A stretch of DNA of 64,000 bases, taken from contig JBALDB010000009.1 of the NCBI GenBank assembly GCA_036918135.1, positions 96,001 through 160,000 of the forward strand, given 5' to 3'. Of this stretch, positions 63,301 to 64,000 are shown one piece after another. This DNA is from Nostoc sp. (GTDB lineage: Bacteria; Cyanobacteriota; Cyanobacteriia; Cyanobacteriales; Nostocaceae). The translations under genes were made by a program, and so were the position numbers. The first letter of the stretch is position 1. Each line of letters opens with the position of its first letter. The notes beneath the pieces are model-generated. The model ran no database searches. It saw only the letters and a list, made by a program, of their open reading frames with translations, and was not told the origin of the DNA.

Positions 63301-64000
63301 GTCCTTTTTTGACACAGAGATTAAAATTCTCTATTATCGGTGGAGCTATTTGGTTATAGCCAAACGTGACATTGCGTAATTCAACATCCCCATTTAATTT
63401 CAACTTGGAGGTAGAGGATAAATCTTTCTTTTTTTTCTCTTTGCCTCTTTTTGGTTCTAACTGCGGGTCAATGGGGTTATTTAAAACATCATCAAGGCGA
63501 TTAAGGTTGCCTTCCATCTCTTGCAGGTTACTTCCTAAGTGAACCAGATTATTCACAGGCTCAAGAAATCTTTGCATCATGCCTTGGAAAGCAACTAACA
63601 TGCCGATGCTGATGGCTCCATCCATGACTCGCAAACCGCCGATCGCTAATATGAGCATAGATGCAATAGCTGATAGAAATGTTGGTAAAATTCCTAATAT
63701 CTGGTTTGTTACTTCTAATTGCTGACGTATGTTGATAGCTTTGGTGTAGTTACCAGCCCAGCGAGAGAAAAAATCTGACTCTAATCCAGATGCTTTGAGC
63801 GTCTCTATACTTTGAAGACCAGAAATCGTTATCCCCTCGATTTTTCCATACTCTTGGATCATTTTAGTATTAGTATCCGTGCGATGACTGCTTACCCATT
63901 GCAAAGTAAGAAGGTTCGCCGTAACAAAGGCGATCGCAATTGAAGTTAGTAATACGTCGTATTGCAGCATTACTATTACATATATAAGTATAGAAGCTGC
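60323..64000 (-). CDS. Fused NHLP-type bacteriocin export ABC transporter (two permease/ATPase modules); 5' end lies outside the window
   Basis: IETLKASGLESDFF.RWAG; two NBDs (GASGCGKS/LSGGQRQR and GPSGSGKS/ISGGQRQR); WWRQDYGP. Confidence 0.88.
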   Translation of the reverse strand, partial: AASILIYVIVMLQYDVLLTSIAIAFVTANLLTLQWVSSHRTDTNTKMIQEYGKIEGITISGLQSIETLKASGLESDFFSRWAGNYTKAINIRQQLEVTNQILGILPTFLSAIASMLILAIGGLRVMDGAISIGMLVAFQGMMQRFLEPVNNLVHLGSNLQEMEGNLNRLDDVLNNPIDPQLEPKRGKEKKKKDLSSTSKLKLNGDVELRNVTFGYNQIAPPIIENFNLCVKKGQKVAVIGASGCGKSTIAKLLCGLYQPWQGEIYLDGEPKEQIERQVLVNSISAVNQEIFFFAGSVKDNLTLWDSTIPNEDLVQACQDAEIHDLIVSLPGKYNAALLEGAANLSGGQRQRLEIARALVNHPSILILDEATSALDAKTESQVTQNLQARGCTCIIIAHRLSTIRDCDEIIVIERGKIVQQGTHEQLQQIEGPYLQLIRSEQNLEFESNIVPIAETNFAEDSSISATSLTEIDAIKNPTQKIDAELLRLESKERLERELMTQTLAQLASVLQPRSDKVSNRSTLNTNFYLTESQQALLVAAGAVGRALGIEIRPPAIFKDSQEIKDSVEALARASCIRVRQIKLPDNWWRQDYGPILAYTEKTKLPVALLPTSDNRYQLYALGKQTSVLVDARTATTLIPNAYIFYRPFSEKHLKPLDLLLFAFQRHYKELIVISWAGIIVSSLGMLTPFATAILIDKAIPDANRALLGQVAFGLVVADAGAMLFQLTQGLATIRLETFATSSIQAAVWDRLLNLKLSFFRSFSVGDLNSRVTAVSQIHQRLGNTILKSSLSSLFSLLNLGLLFYYNIYLALLACAVALINTAVTIIFGIAILRKARSGLTYEGTIFGVVVQLINGVAKLKVAKAETRAFAYWGQQYTQQLKTILSRQGIEDSLAVINKVLPTLTTAALFWFAASLIEQSHVSREPSLSIGTFLAFNVAFSTFIHAVTSLSNTFVEVLQVMPLWQRAKPILLAEPEITFNQADPGKLSGRLALKRVSFRYSDDSPLVLDNVSIQAQAGEFIAIVGPSGSGKSTLLRLLLGFESPKSGEVYYNGQDLASVDIHAVRRQLGVVLQNSRLMSASIFNNITSGAAVTIDEAWEAARMAGLADDIAAMPMGMHTVVSEGGSNISGGQRQRLLIARALALKPKILLFDEATSALDNITQAIVSQSLDKLQVTKIIIAHRLSTIRNAHRIYVLQAGRVVQQGTFQELATKEGLFAQLMARQMA

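Noticed and set aside
1..64000. Abundant GCGATCGC octamers and heptamer tracts
   Set aside because: HIP1 and STRRs are ordinary features of Nostocales genomes.

Overview
Chromosomal window from a heterocyst-forming (Nostoc-like) cyanobacterium. This is supported by dense HIP1 octamers (GCGATCGC), heptamer STRR tracts, and the genes petN, pex, ccb1 and a Hik2-like kinase. Most of it is housekeeping: moaC, tRNA-Arg(ACG), pntA1/A2/B, rpmH-rnpA-PH-yidC-jag-yceD-ycf46, sbcC, serS-rseP-nth-rpsN and aat. The accessory parts are as follows. (i) A sensory cluster in which an ethylene-receptor-like hybrid kinase plus an RR-HK gene and a 4-GAF cyanobacteriochrome kinase diverge around petN. (ii) An AT-rich DUF29 plus frameshifted Zn-ribbon/DUF4145(HEPN)/HEAT gene. 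(iii) vapBC behind sbcC. (iv) A three-gene S-layer cluster built by local duplication, in which a beta-helix gene appears fused to a copied SLH block through an in-frame MITE remnant, with four AAC-N17-GTC promoter-like motifs. (v) A P-loop kinase gene preceded by a 62-bp tandem array with phased AGAAAG boxes. (vi) A fused two-module NHLP-type bacteriocin ABC exporter running off the window end. Several small mobile repeats are present. I found no CRISPR array, rRNA or intact transposase. All family calls come from my own motif recognition, not from database searches.
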